A DNA stretch of 64,000 nt. Source: Candidatus Levybacteria bacterium RIFCSPHIGHO2_01_FULL_40_16 (GTDB lineage: Bacteria > Patescibacteriota > Microgenomatia > Levybacterales > UBA12049). Shown here in pieces: positions 37,270 through 46,449 of the stretch (position 1 is the first letter of the stretch; the number at the start of each line of letters is the position of its first letter). A program made the position numbers and the translations under genes. Under the pieces are notes generated by a model that was not told the origin of the DNA, ran no database searches, and saw only the letters and a list, made by a program, of their open reading frames with translations. The stretch covers positions 342,921-406,920 of the forward strand of contig MFNS01000001.1 of the NCBI GenBank assembly GCA_001783805.1. The letters run 5' to 3'.

Positions 37270-38504
37270 GCCTTAAACTTCTTAATAATTTCTTCCAGCC
37301 CCAATAATTCTGATTTGGCGGATTTTCTTTCTTTAAATTCAATCTTACCTTCATTTCTTTTACTGACTACCAAACGGATTGGAATTCCGATTAAGTCGGC
37401 GTCTGCGAACTTGGCTCCCGGCGCCGCATCTTCCCTATCATCATACAAAACATCGAGTCCTGCCTTTTTCAAACTATCATAAGCCTCATCCGTTCTTTCC
37501 TTGATTCTTGATTCATTATTCGTAATTCCGATCAAATAGACATCATGCGGAGCAACTTCTTTTGGCCAGATAATTCCTTTTGCATCATTGTGTACTTCCG
37601 CAATCGCCCCCATTACTCTGGAAATGCCGATTCCGTAACAACCCATGATCACGGGGATATCCTTTCCTTCTTTATTTTTGTATGTTAATCCAAAAGCATC
37701 GGAAAATTTCGTACCCAGCGGAAAAATATTGCCAACTTCAATTGCCTTGGATTTTTTCAAAGGCCCGTGCCCCAACCTACACGCTTCTCCTTCTTTGACG
37801 GGACTTACTTCCGCATTTGCGCTAAAATCTCCCTTGGGACAATAAATAATTTCATCTTCTCCCGCATCCGTAATTACCTGGTACTCATGAGAAAACTGGC
37901 TGAACGTTCCTCCTCCCGCCAGAGTTTCTAGCGCATCAAGCCCTAATCTTTCAAAAACTTTTTTGTAGGTTTTTTTCATAATCTCATAAAACTTATTGAA
38001 ATCTTTCTCTTGAGCATGAAAAGAGTACAAGTCTTTCATCAAAAATTCCCGGCCGCGAAGTAACCCGCTTTTGGCCCGTTTTTCATCTCTAAATTTTGTC
38101 TGAATCTGATAAAGATATAGAGGTAAATCTTTGTAGGAGCTGACAAACTGTTTTACCAAGGGAACTATTACTTCTTCGTGCGTTGGCCCTAACGGATATT
38201 CTGTCTCAAGCTGAGTTTTAGCTTTCATCAATGCCCGGAATGTTTTCCACCTGCCGGTTTTTTGCCAGGATTCTTTATTTTGTAAAGCGGTTAATGACAA
38301 TTCCTGACCTCCGATAGCATTCATTTCCTCCCGAACAATATCGGCGATTTTCTTAAGAACTTTTAGTCCTAGCGGTAGAAAATTGTAAACTCCGGAAACT
38401 TCCCTGCGGATAAATCCGCTGCGAGTTAAGAGCTTGGAATTTTTACTTACCTCATCTTTCGGCGCGTCTTTGATTGTCTTTCCGAATAAAGCTGAGTACC
38501 GCAT
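37266..38504 (-). CDS. proS: Proline--tRNA ligase (short form without editing domain)
   Basis: GPTHEE, FRDEKR, EFLMKDLYSF, MGCYGIGISR. Confidence 0.96.
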   Translation of the reverse strand: MRYSALFGKTIKDAPKDEVSKNSKLLTRSGFIRREVSGVYNFLPLGLKVLKKIADIVREEMNAIGGQELSLTALQNKESWQKTGRWKTFRALMKAKTQLETEYPLGPTHEEVIVPLVKQFVSSYKDLPLYLYQIQTKFRDEKRAKSGLLRGREFLMKDLYSFHAQEKDFNKFYEIMKKTYKKVFERLGLDALETLAGGGTFSQFSHEYQVITDAGEDEIIYCPKGDFSANAEVSPVKEGEACRLGHGPLKKSKAIEVGNIFPLGTKFSDAFGLTYKNKEGKDIPVIMGCYGIGISRVMGAIAEVHNDAKGIIWPKEVAPHDVYLIGITNNESRIKERTDEAYDSLKKAGLDVLYDDREDAAPGAKFADADLIGIPIRLVVSKRNEGKIEFKERKSAKSELLGLEEIIKKFKA

Positions 38505-38550
38505 AAATTTAGTATAACACGTATTCTTCCTTTTTTTCCAGATGATTACG

Positions 38551-39462
38551 TTATTTTTTCTTGACTTCTTTACTTTGAGCTAGGCGAATGGGGTGGCCGC
38601 CGAAGGCATTTCGCAGAGCCGCTATTAACTTTGCTGTGAAGGATTTTTGAATCTTTGGATTTGTTTGAGATCTTCTCCGATACTCAAGCGAACGCTCAAT
38701 AATTTCAACATCAACACCTTCTTCTTTGGCCTGTTCAATTGTCCATCCGGCTTCTCCCGATTCCGCAATAATCCCGACAATATCTGCTAACTTAGGGTCA
38801 TTTTCCAAAGCCTCTTTGGCCCGATCCAGCATGAATCCGGAAACTAAAGTTCCTTTTTGCCATAATTTAGCCACCTTAACTAAGTCGAAATTGTATTCTG
38901 CTTTTTGCAGAACTTCGAATCCCTCACCCAAAGATTGCATTATTCCATACTCAATTCCGTTGTGAACCATTTTGACAAAATGTCCTGCCCCTCCTGTTCC
39001 AAAATATTCGTGCCCGCCCTGGGGCTTTGCCAATGAATCTAAAATTGGTTTTATAAATTCATACGCGCTTTTGTCTCCGCCGACCATCAGCGGGTACCCG
39101 TTTTCAAAAGCAATAACGCCACCTGAAACTCCAATTCCCAGATATCTTATCCCTTTATTCTTAAAATCTTTAAATCTTTTTTCCGTATCTTTGAAATTAG
39201 AATTTCCCCCATCAATTACAATGTCTCCTTTGCTTACAAACTTTGATACCTCATCCAAAACATTTTGCGTCGCTTCCCCCGCCGGCACCATCGACCAAAT
39301 GATCCGCGGAGATTTTAAACTTTTTACCAATTTCTCAATGGTTGCTGCTGTTTTCAATTCGTGTTCCGACCGATTCCACACCACGACTTCGTGTCCTTCT
39401 TTTTGAAGCTTAATCACCATGCGTAATCCCATTTTCCCAAGACCTATAAAACCTAATGTCAT
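38551..39462 (-). CDS. gnd: 6-phosphogluconate dehydrogenase (short, YqeC type)
   Basis: GLGKMG, IDGGNS, KMVHNGIEYG, RNAFGGH. Confidence 0.95.
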   Translation of the reverse strand: MTLGFIGLGKMGLRMVIKLQKEGHEVVVWNRSEHELKTAATIEKLVKSLKSPRIIWSMVPAGEATQNVLDEVSKFVSKGDIVIDGGNSNFKDTEKRFKDFKNKGIRYLGIGVSGGVIAFENGYPLMVGGDKSAYEFIKPILDSLAKPQGGHEYFGTGGAGHFVKMVHNGIEYGIMQSLGEGFEVLQKAEYNFDLVKVAKLWQKGTLVSGFMLDRAKEALENDPKLADIVGIIAESGEAGWTIEQAKEEGVDVEIIERSLEYRRRSQTNPKIQKSFTAKLIAALRNAFGGHPIRLAQSKEVKKK

Positions 39463-39466
39463 AGTC

Positions 39467-39609
39467 TTATTTTATTCTACTTAAATTTCCATGTAAAATA
39501 AATGCCTGCATTATTCTAATCTCTTGAGCCCACCGCTCTTTTCCAAAATGGGGAATGTTATTCATATATCTTTAATAAAACTCATGCTCCCGCAAATCAT
39601 TATTTTCAT
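39467..39609 (-). pseudogene. Internally deleted, frameshifted gene remnant
   Basis: MKIMICGSMSFIKDI* followed in another frame by NNIPHFGKERWAQEIRIMQAFILHGNLSRIK*. Confidence 0.6.
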
Positions 39610-39697
39610 AACTTTATTCTTTCTTATTAGCAACTTTTAATTATTAATTATTCGGTAAATTACTAAATATTAATTAATATTAATTAGCTGTACAAAA

Positions 39698-39721
39698 GTT
39701 GGCTGCTATGTAGCAGCGAAC
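39698..39721. promoter_or_regulatory. Palindromic operator-like site, copy 1
   Basis: GTTGGCTGCTA-TG-TAGCAGCGAAC. Confidence 0.7.
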
Positions 39722-39732
39722 TTTATACCAGC

Positions 39733-40266
39733 TTAGCGACCGAGAAATTTTCCAATCCTTTTATGCAGTTCACTTTTTTCTTCCAGTCGATCTAAAACAT
39801 TTTTTATTTTGTCTTTTTGCCTTTGACTTGCGCTTTTTATTACCTGCTCAAGCAATAATTCCGGCCAAAAGTATAACGAATAACGCCTCTTGAAATTATC
39901 CCAGTCCGAAATTTCTTCCCAAGAATTCTGGGTTACTTGTTTGGGCAAATTGCTGATAATTTTCCTGAAACCCCCTCCTCTTTCCGAAAGCCATACGGCG
40001 ATTTTAGCTATTGTAGTATGCCCCACATGAAGATCTTGTTCGATTTCCCTGTAATCCATTCCCTTTATAAGTAGCTTTGCAATGCGTAGTCGCTTCGCAA
40101 GCATCTTGATTTCCGATTTCGTCAGCAAATCCTGAAGAAAGAGAGCCGCATCCCCGATACTTTTTGTGGAAACTATGGCATTGACCAAGTCCATAACTAA
40201 ATCTTCGTGATCCTTCTTAGTCAATTTATCCAAGCGTTTATGTTTTTCTAAATAAAGTTTCTTCAT
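39733..40266 (-). CDS. YerC/YecD (TrpR-like) DNA-binding protein with C-terminal extension
   Basis: FLQDLLTKSEIKMLAKRLRIAKLL..YREI....VGHTTIAKI. Confidence 0.85.
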   Translation of the reverse strand: MKKLYLEKHKRLDKLTKKDHEDLVMDLVNAIVSTKSIGDAALFLQDLLTKSEIKMLAKRLRIAKLLIKGMDYREIEQDLHVGHTTIAKIAVWLSERGGGFRKIISNLPKQVTQNSWEEISDWDNFKRRYSLYFWPELLLEQVIKSASQRQKDKIKNVLDRLEEKSELHKRIGKFLGR

Positions 40267-40275
40267 AGCTATATT

Positions 40276-41112
40276 TTACTGCAATAGTTCGCTGCTATGT
40301 AGCAGCGAACTTACTACATAACTTTTATATTGCATATGTTTCAGGAAGAATTCAGCTGTTGCTTTGTCTGCCTGTTCTGCGTGTTTTGAATTATCGTGAA
40401 ATCCGTGTTCCCCGCCTTCAATAGTAATTAATTTCGCATTCTTAAAAAGCTTAGAATACTTAACAGAATCAGAATATGGAATATAAGAATCTTTGTCCCC
40501 GTGAATAAAGAGAATTGGATTATTAATACCTACAAGTCCTTTCCATGGCTCAAGAATTTTGATTTCATCCATAAGGTTTTTCCCAACGTTAAACCCCTTA
40601 CTTCCTATTTCTGTGAATCCAAACTTTTCTGCCCTGTCAAACGCCGGTTTCCCAAAGTATTTCTTTCCCCAAGGAGTAACGGGCGTAATCTTTGAACTAT
40701 AATCAATTCCTGCATTCCATAGGACAAGCGCTTTTACCAATTCTGAATGTTTTGAAGTGAATAAGGAAACTGCTCCGCCTCCAAAACTTGCCCCCAGAAT
40801 CCCAAACTCCCTATATTCTTTTTCCTGAAGAAATTTAATTGCTGATTCCAAATCTTCCATCTCTTTTGTAATCGTCATATCAATGCTTTTACCTTCGCTT
40901 TCACCTTGTCCACGGAAATCAAAACGGAAAACGGCAAATCCCACATCTGTTAATTTTTTAGCGAGCTGGGTAAAAACTCCATCCTCTTCTTTGTCAACAT
41001 TTCCTATTCCGTGACAAAGAATGATGCACTTATCGGTTTTTTGTTTGGGAGTTGACAAGATTCCGCAGAGTTTTAATCCGTCAGAAGTGTCAAAAAAAAC
41101 TTTTTCTTCCAT
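40276..41112 (-). CDS. Alpha/beta hydrolase
   Basis: LCHG, FDFRGQGES, GASFGG, HGDKD, GEHG. Confidence 0.88.
   Translation of the reverse strand: MEEKVFFDTSDGLKLCGILSTPKQKTDKCIILCHGIGNVDKEEDGVFTQLAKKLTDVGFAVFRFDFRGQGESEGKSIDMTITKEMEDLESAIKFLQEKEYREFGILGASFGGGAVSLFTSKHSELVKALVLWNAGIDYSSKITPVTPWGKKYFGKPAFDRAEKFGFTEIGSKGFNVGKNLMDEIKILEPWKGLVGINNPILFIHGDKDSYIPYSDSVKYSKLFKNAKLITIEGGEHGFHDNSKHAEQADKATAEFFLKHMQYKSYVVSSLLHSSELLQ
40287..40310. promoter_or_regulatory. Palindromic operator-like site, copy 2
   Basis: Perfect GTTCGCTGCTA-TG-TAGCAGCGAAC over the promoter region of the TrpR-like gene. Confidence 0.75.
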
Positions 41113-41117
41113 GATTT

Positions 41118-42578
41118 TTAGATTTGGCAGAAGGCAGGATATGGTTCCAGCCATTTCCGGCCGTCTTTCTCGATTAAAGCAAACGCTTCTTTTGGTCCCC
41201 AGCTTCCCGCCTTGTAAAATCTCGTAGGCGTTCTGTTTTTCGACAAAGAGTCAATAAATCTCCATTGCGCTTCCACTTCTTTGGAAATATTGAAAAAAGT
41301 ATGTCTTCCTGCAAAAACATCCTGCACTAATTTCTCGTAAGCATCGAATGCCTCTCCCGGAAAATAATGCTTGTAACAAAACTGCATGTAAGTTGGTTCA
41401 ACTTTTATTTCAAGGCCCGGTTTTTTGGTGAAAAGTTTTACCGCAATCCCCTCGTTGGGCTGAACCCTGATTGTCAAAACATTTCGATATGGATCTTTCC
41501 CTTTGAAGACATAAGAGATTTCCGTAAGCCACATCGCCATCTGTTTACCTGCTCGGATATAAACAGGCACATTTTTAAATCTTTCATTATTAACATTAAC
41601 CTTCATCGCAAAGAAAGTATCCGTCTGCGAATCTTTGGGAACCGAAGCTTCCTGCCGATAGGCAATCGCATCTTTTCCATGTACAACTCCTGCCGCATAT
41701 TGCCCATAAACAATATCTTTAGGATTTGCCGTAAGACTTTTTACTAATTTTATTCTCTCCCCAATCATGGCTTCATCACTATCATCTTTCGGTTGTTCCA
41801 TAGTTGCAATCGCCAGCATTTGCAGAATATGATTTTGCCCAACATCTTTTAATGCTCCTGTTGCATTATAAAATTTTCCTCTCTTGGCAATACTGAAATC
41901 TTCAGATGAAGTGATTTGAATATGATCAAGATTATTGCCGTTTAGCATCGGCTCAAAAATATTATTCTTGAATCTGAATACCAAAACATTTTCCAAAGTC
42001 TCTTTCCCCAAATAGTGATCCAGCCTAAATATTTGATCCTCCGTAAACGTTGAGGTGATAATCTTATCTAGTTTTTTTGCAGACGCCTCATCTTCTCCAA
42101 TTGGTTTTTCGATAACAACCCTCGCCCACCCGCAAGGACTTTTATTTAATCTACTTTTCTTGATATTGGCAAAAACTGTTTGATATAAAGATTGAGGAAC
42201 GCCGGCGTAAAAAAGCCTGTTCCCGCATGGCAAACCTTCCTTAACCAGCTTATCCAGATATTTTGAAAGACCAGTATAAAAATTGGGGTCAGTATTGTCA
42301 CCTTGATAAAAGTACATGTGTTTTTCCAGACTCTTAAATATGGCATTTTCTACCGAGTGCTTGTGGTGTCGGTTATCTGAAGTAAGGGAATGTTCAAAAA
42401 AGTTATAAAATTCCTCTTGCGTATATTTTCGCCCCGTTGCAATAATTGCGTAATCTTCCGGAAGATGACCTTTTTCGGCAATATCATACAAAGCGGGGTA
42501 AATTTTTTGATACGAAAGATCTCCGGATCCACCAAAGATAATTAACGCAAATGGTCCGCTTTCTTTTGAATAGATCAT
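41118..42578 (-). CDS. zwf: Glucose-6-phosphate 1-dehydrogenase
   Basis: FGGSGDL, IEKP, RLDHYLGKE, QNH, RAGK. Confidence 0.96.
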   Translation of the reverse strand: MIYSKESGPFALIIFGGSGDLSYQKIYPALYDIAEKGHLPEDYAIIATGRKYTQEEFYNFFEHSLTSDNRHHKHSVENAIFKSLEKHMYFYQGDNTDPNFYTGLSKYLDKLVKEGLPCGNRLFYAGVPQSLYQTVFANIKKSRLNKSPCGWARVVIEKPIGEDEASAKKLDKIITSTFTEDQIFRLDHYLGKETLENVLVFRFKNNIFEPMLNGNNLDHIQITSSEDFSIAKRGKFYNATGALKDVGQNHILQMLAIATMEQPKDDSDEAMIGERIKLVKSLTANPKDIVYGQYAAGVVHGKDAIAYRQEASVPKDSQTDTFFAMKVNVNNERFKNVPVYIRAGKQMAMWLTEISYVFKGKDPYRNVLTIRVQPNEGIAVKLFTKKPGLEIKVEPTYMQFCYKHYFPGEAFDAYEKLVQDVFAGRHTFFNISKEVEAQWRFIDSLSKNRTPTRFYKAGSWGPKEAFALIEKDGRKWLEPYPAFCQI

Positions 42579-42595
42579 AAATTTATTATAACAAA

Positions 42596-43774
42596 TTAAT
42601 GCCCCGCAAAAAGCTTAACTACGTCTTTAAAAGTAATTAGAACCATTAGCATCAGTAAGGCAATCATTCCTATTGTATGGGTAATCGATTCTACCCGCGG
42701 ATTGACTTTTTTGCCAGTGAATACTTCTATCAGAATAAAAAATAATCTTCCTCCATCAAGCGCCGGAATCGGCAAAACATTGAAAAAAGCTAAGGAGATT
42801 GACAAAATACCTGCCAGATTAAGAAGCCCAAGTATTTTTTCTTTTAGATTTTGTATTTCCAATATGCCTCCCGTTATGGACGCAATACCAACAGGTCCGG
42901 ATATACCTTCACTTAAAGGCTTTGTTGTTTTTTTCTCCCAAGAAACTTTAACAAGATTTCCTATAACATTTAAATTGTAGCCCATCAAATTGATCGGGTG
43001 GACAATCCCTGAGAAAATTCTTTGAACGGGAGTTTCATAATTAAGAACTGCTGTTGATATTGAAAAAAGTCCCACTCCCAGTGCTCCTTCCCGAGGGGGA
43101 GGAGAAATTCGGGGCGTTACTTTGGTTTTGTGGATTTCATTGGTCTGCAGAGTACTCCAAGTAATTTCAATTTCTTTCCCCTTATTCAAACCAACAATAT
43201 CTATAAATCCTTTTGAATCTTTTATTTTTTGCCCATTAACAGCGATGACTTTTGTTGGAACTTTTAGCCCCTGTTTTTCTGCTGGAGAATTTTTGGCAAT
43301 AGAAGAAATTATTACCTCTTGAACATTCGTCTGATTTACTCCAAAAAATTTATAATCCGAAAGAAGAGGCAAATCTGTTTTAAATCCCGACATTCCCAGA
43401 AAGATGTAGAAAATAATTGCGGCCAAAACCGCATTCATCACTACCCCTGCCACAATTACAATTGCTCTTTGCCAAGTTTTTTTTGCAAAAAACGCTCTAT
43501 TTTTATCCTTAATCCTTAATCCTTCATCCTTAATCTTTATTCTTCCTGCTCCTGCTTCGTCCTCTCCGTACAATTTCACAAATCCCCCAATTGGCAGCCA
43601 GTTGATTGAATAAATAGTTTCGCCTTTTTTGAAACTAAACATCCGCGGAGGAAAACCAAAACCAAATTCTTCCACCAGAATTCCGAATTTTTTAGCCACA
43701 AAAAAATGACCGGCCTCATGAATGAGAACTAGAACTGAAAGTAAAAGTAGGAAAACTAAAATTGTTATTATCAT
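42596..43774 (-). CDS. rseP: RseP-like M50 zinc protease with PDZ domain
   Basis: HEAGH, PIGGFV, NVLPIPALDGG. Confidence 0.93.
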   Translation of the reverse strand: MIITILVFLLLLSVLVLIHEAGHFFVAKKFGILVEEFGFGFPPRMFSFKKGETIYSINWLPIGGFVKLYGEDEAGAGRIKIKDEGLRIKDKNRAFFAKKTWQRAIVIVAGVVMNAVLAAIIFYIFLGMSGFKTDLPLLSDYKFFGVNQTNVQEVIISSIAKNSPAEKQGLKVPTKVIAVNGQKIKDSKGFIDIVGLNKGKEIEITWSTLQTNEIHKTKVTPRISPPPREGALGVGLFSISTAVLNYETPVQRIFSGIVHPINLMGYNLNVIGNLVKVSWEKKTTKPLSEGISGPVGIASITGGILEIQNLKEKILGLLNLAGILSISLAFFNVLPIPALDGGRLFFILIEVFTGKKVNPRVESITHTIGMIALLMLMVLITFKDVVKLFAGH

Positions 43775-43811
43775 AAGCGGAAGGGATTACTTCTGACAGG
43801 ACCCCGCAAAA

Positions 43812-44372
43812 CTAAATCTGCATTAACTCTGCTTCTTTTTTTCTCCCCATTTCGTCAACCGGAAGCATAATCTGATCGGTTATTTTTTGAATTTCCTGAT
43901 CTATTCCGTACATTTGTTCTTCAGAAATTTCCTTATTATTGTGTTGTTTTCGGACAATATTTCTCGCATCTTGCCTAATCTGGCGGATTGCAATTCTGCC
44001 ATTTTCTAACTTTTGCTTCATGAGTTTTATCAATTCTCCTCTTCTTTCTTGAGATAATGGCGGAATTGAAATTCTGATCACATTTCCGTCGGACGACGGA
44101 GTTAAGCCGATATTAGCCTCCATGATTCCTTTTTGGATTTCGCCGGTAATTGAGCCGTCAAATGGCTGAAGGACCAAAGTCTGGGGGTCGGATGCGGAAA
44201 TCGTCGCCAGCTCTTTGATTCTCAATCTTTGTGCGCCGGCATAAACGCTAACTACAACATTTTCAACCAAAGATGGCATGGCCCGGCCGGTTCTGACAGT
44301 TGAGAGGTCTTCCTGTAAAGCCATTAATGCTTTCTGCATTCTGGCCCTCATTTGTGAAACCGTATCATCCAT
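43812..44372 (-). CDS. frr: Ribosome recycling factor
   Basis: VRTGRA, IPPLSQERR. Confidence 0.96.
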   Translation of the reverse strand: MDDTVSQMRARMQKALMALQEDLSTVRTGRAMPSLVENVVVSVYAGAQRLRIKELATISASDPQTLVLQPFDGSITGEIQKGIMEANIGLTPSSDGNVIRISIPPLSQERRGELIKLMKQKLENGRIAIRQIRQDARNIVRKQHNNKEISEEQMYGIDQEIQKITDQIMLPVDEMGRKKEAELMQI

Positions 44373-44378
44373 AAAAAG

Positions 44379-44834
44379 TTATTCTCCAATTTCAAATCTT
44401 TGGAGTCGTTTGACCACAATGTTTTCGCCTAATTTTGCAATTGCTTCTTTTACCAAATTTCCTATGGTTCTGGAACCGTCGCGGATATACTCTTGCGCTA
44501 ATAAGGCTTTTACATCCTTCGGATTCATAGCAGCCACCTGCATACATATTTCGTGTACAAGATCTTTAAATATGTCTGTACGGGCGACAAAATCAGTCTC
44601 GCATAAAACCTCTACCAGTACTCCAACCCGGCCATTTTGATGGATATACGATTCAATCAACCCCTGAGAGGTTACCCGGTCGGATTTTTTCGCGGCCTTT
44701 TCCAAACCATTTTTCTTGAGCCAATCCAAGGCTTTCTTATAATCATTCTTTGTTTCTTCCAAAGCTTTCCTACAATCCGCAAGGGAGACCGAAGTCTCAT
44801 TCCGAAGTTTTTTGAGAAGTTTTATGTCTATCAT
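44379..44834 (-). CDS. tsf: Elongation factor Ts (short form)
   Basis: DCRKAL, CETDFVA, LGENI. Confidence 0.95.
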   Translation of the reverse strand: MIDIKLLKKLRNETSVSLADCRKALEETKNDYKKALDWLKKNGLEKAAKKSDRVTSQGLIESYIHQNGRVGVLVEVLCETDFVARTDIFKDLVHEICMQVAAMNPKDVKALLAQEYIRDGSRTIGNLVKEAIAKLGENIVVKRLQRFEIGE

Positions 44835-44854
44835 ACGAAATTAATAATTAATAA

Positions 44855-45739
44855 TTAAGACTTTTTACTTTTTGTTTTTGTTTTTGCTTCTTTTTCAGCT
44901 TTCTTCTTTGGCTCGCCGGAGCCTTTGGCGGAGGCGGCTGCAGCCCTGGCCGCTTCTTTTTCTGCCTTAATCTTGGCTTTCTCCGCTTCTACCGCTGTCT
45001 TTTTTACTTCTTCTTCTCTAATCCTGATTCCTTCTTTTCTTCCTTCAATCCAAGCGTCAATAATGTAAGAGACTATTAATTTAATCGAACCAACCGCGTC
45101 GTCGTTGGCCGGAATCGGATAATCGATAATTGACGGGTCCGCATTGGTATCAACCAGAGCGACTGTCGGAACATGGGTTACCAAAGCCTCCCTAACTGCC
45201 AAATTTTCCAAGTGAGAATCAATTATGAAGAGGCAATCTGGCTTTTTGGTAATTTTCGCAACTCCGCCATAAAGATTCTCCAATTTGTTTTTTTCTTTTT
45301 CCCATCCGCCGACTTCTTTTTTTGTGTACCTTGATTTTACTTCGTCATCTTGTAAATCGGTGACGAAATCCGCGTATTTCTTAAAATTCTTGGAGACTTC
45401 CTGAAAATTCGTCAAAAGTCCGCCCACCCAACGGTTGGTAATGTAGAAAAGGTTCTCGCCTGAATTCTCACCTGCAGAAGCCCTTTTTACTTCCTCCTCA
45501 ACTATTGTTCTGGCTTGTCTTTTCGTACCAACAATAACCAGTACGCCGTTTTTGGCGGCTAAATCTCGGATAAAGGCAGCGGCCTCTTCCAAGCCTGCCT
45601 TTGTTTTGGCAAGATCAATAATGTGAATGTTATCACGGGCTTCAAAAATAAAATCCCGGGCTTTGGGGTTACTGCGGGTGACTTGGTGGCCAAAATGGCA
45701 ACCGGCTTCCAATAATTCTTCCAGCGTAATTTCTCTCAT
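44855..45739 (-). CDS. rpsB: 30S ribosomal protein S2
   Basis: AGCHFGH, GTKRQA, RWVGGLLTN, PANDD. Confidence 0.97.
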   Translation of the reverse strand: MREITLEELLEAGCHFGHQVTRSNPKARDFIFEARDNIHIIDLAKTKAGLEEAAAFIRDLAAKNGVLVIVGTKRQARTIVEEEVKRASAGENSGENLFYITNRWVGGLLTNFQEVSKNFKKYADFVTDLQDDEVKSRYTKKEVGGWEKEKNKLENLYGGVAKITKKPDCLFIIDSHLENLAVREALVTHVPTVALVDTNADPSIIDYPIPANDDAVGSIKLIVSYIIDAWIEGRKEGIRIREEEVKKTAVEAEKAKIKAEKEAARAAAASAKGSGEPKKKAEKEAKTKTKSKKS

Positions 45740-45940
45740 ATTAAAGTCTTTACCCGACTTAAATCGCTCTGTGAGGCGTGAACGAATAGTTCCTAAAGCC
45801 GAACAGCAAGATTAGGCGGGCTTCCTCCATTCAGCAATTTTAACAAGACTTAGCGCTGAATGTGTGCTGTGTCCCGTATGCACGCTCTTGTGAGGCGAGG
45901 ATGTAAACCTCGCGAACTAGTAAGTGTCATTCGGGATGAT
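45740..45940 (-). promoter_or_regulatory. rpsB 5' leader (S2 autoregulatory RNA-like)
   Basis: CACACA-TTCAGC...GCTGAA-TGGAGG core at 45824-45866; TGcTATAAT at about 45947-45955. Confidence 0.65.
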
Positions 45941-45984
45941 TTGGAAATTATAGCAAAGGTTGAGATTAAAAACAAGAGCAGAAT

Positions 45985-46308
45985 TTACTTAGCCTTAACC
46001 TCAGATGGGTACTTCCTTAAGAGTGATTTTATGGGTCCCCCAACCCAGTCTTCTGCTGTTATATGCAAAGGAGCATAACGTAATCTACCATTTTCAGCTC
46101 TTGAAACTTTATTATATAAAACTTTTTCGCCCACAATCTTAAACACTTCTACTGTTGGGGGAAATTCGGCATCAGCTTTTTTAATCTGGCCTGATCTGGC
46201 ATTCTTCACTATTTTCCTAACGCTTTTAAGAGTCAACGGTCTTTTATACTCGACGCCCCCTATATCTACGGTTTTTGCTACAACAACTTTTTCTTCCTCC
46301 TTAGCCAT
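45985..46308 (-). CDS. Hypothetical protein
   Basis: 107-aa ORF; TTGACA-type promoter upstream. Confidence 0.6.
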   Translation of the reverse strand: MAKEEEKVVVAKTVDIGGVEYKRPLTLKSVRKIVKNARSGQIKKADAEFPPTVEVFKIVGEKVLYNKVSRAENGRLRYAPLHITAEDWVGGPIKSLLRKYPSEVKAK

Positions 46309-46449
46309 AATCTGAATAAATAACTAGCTGTTTATATTATTTCTCCCTTCATTTGTCAAGCGCTCGATAATTTCCTTATCAAACAACTTAAAAATATTTA
46401 TATTGCAAAAAATATTTTCGTATGATATTCTTGTGCAATTAAATGCCAT

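Noticed and set aside
45740-45940. Possible tRNA or SRP RNA in the GC-richer intergenic stretch
   Set aside because: No cloverleaf, T-loop GTTC or SRP motif seen; better explained as the rpsB leader
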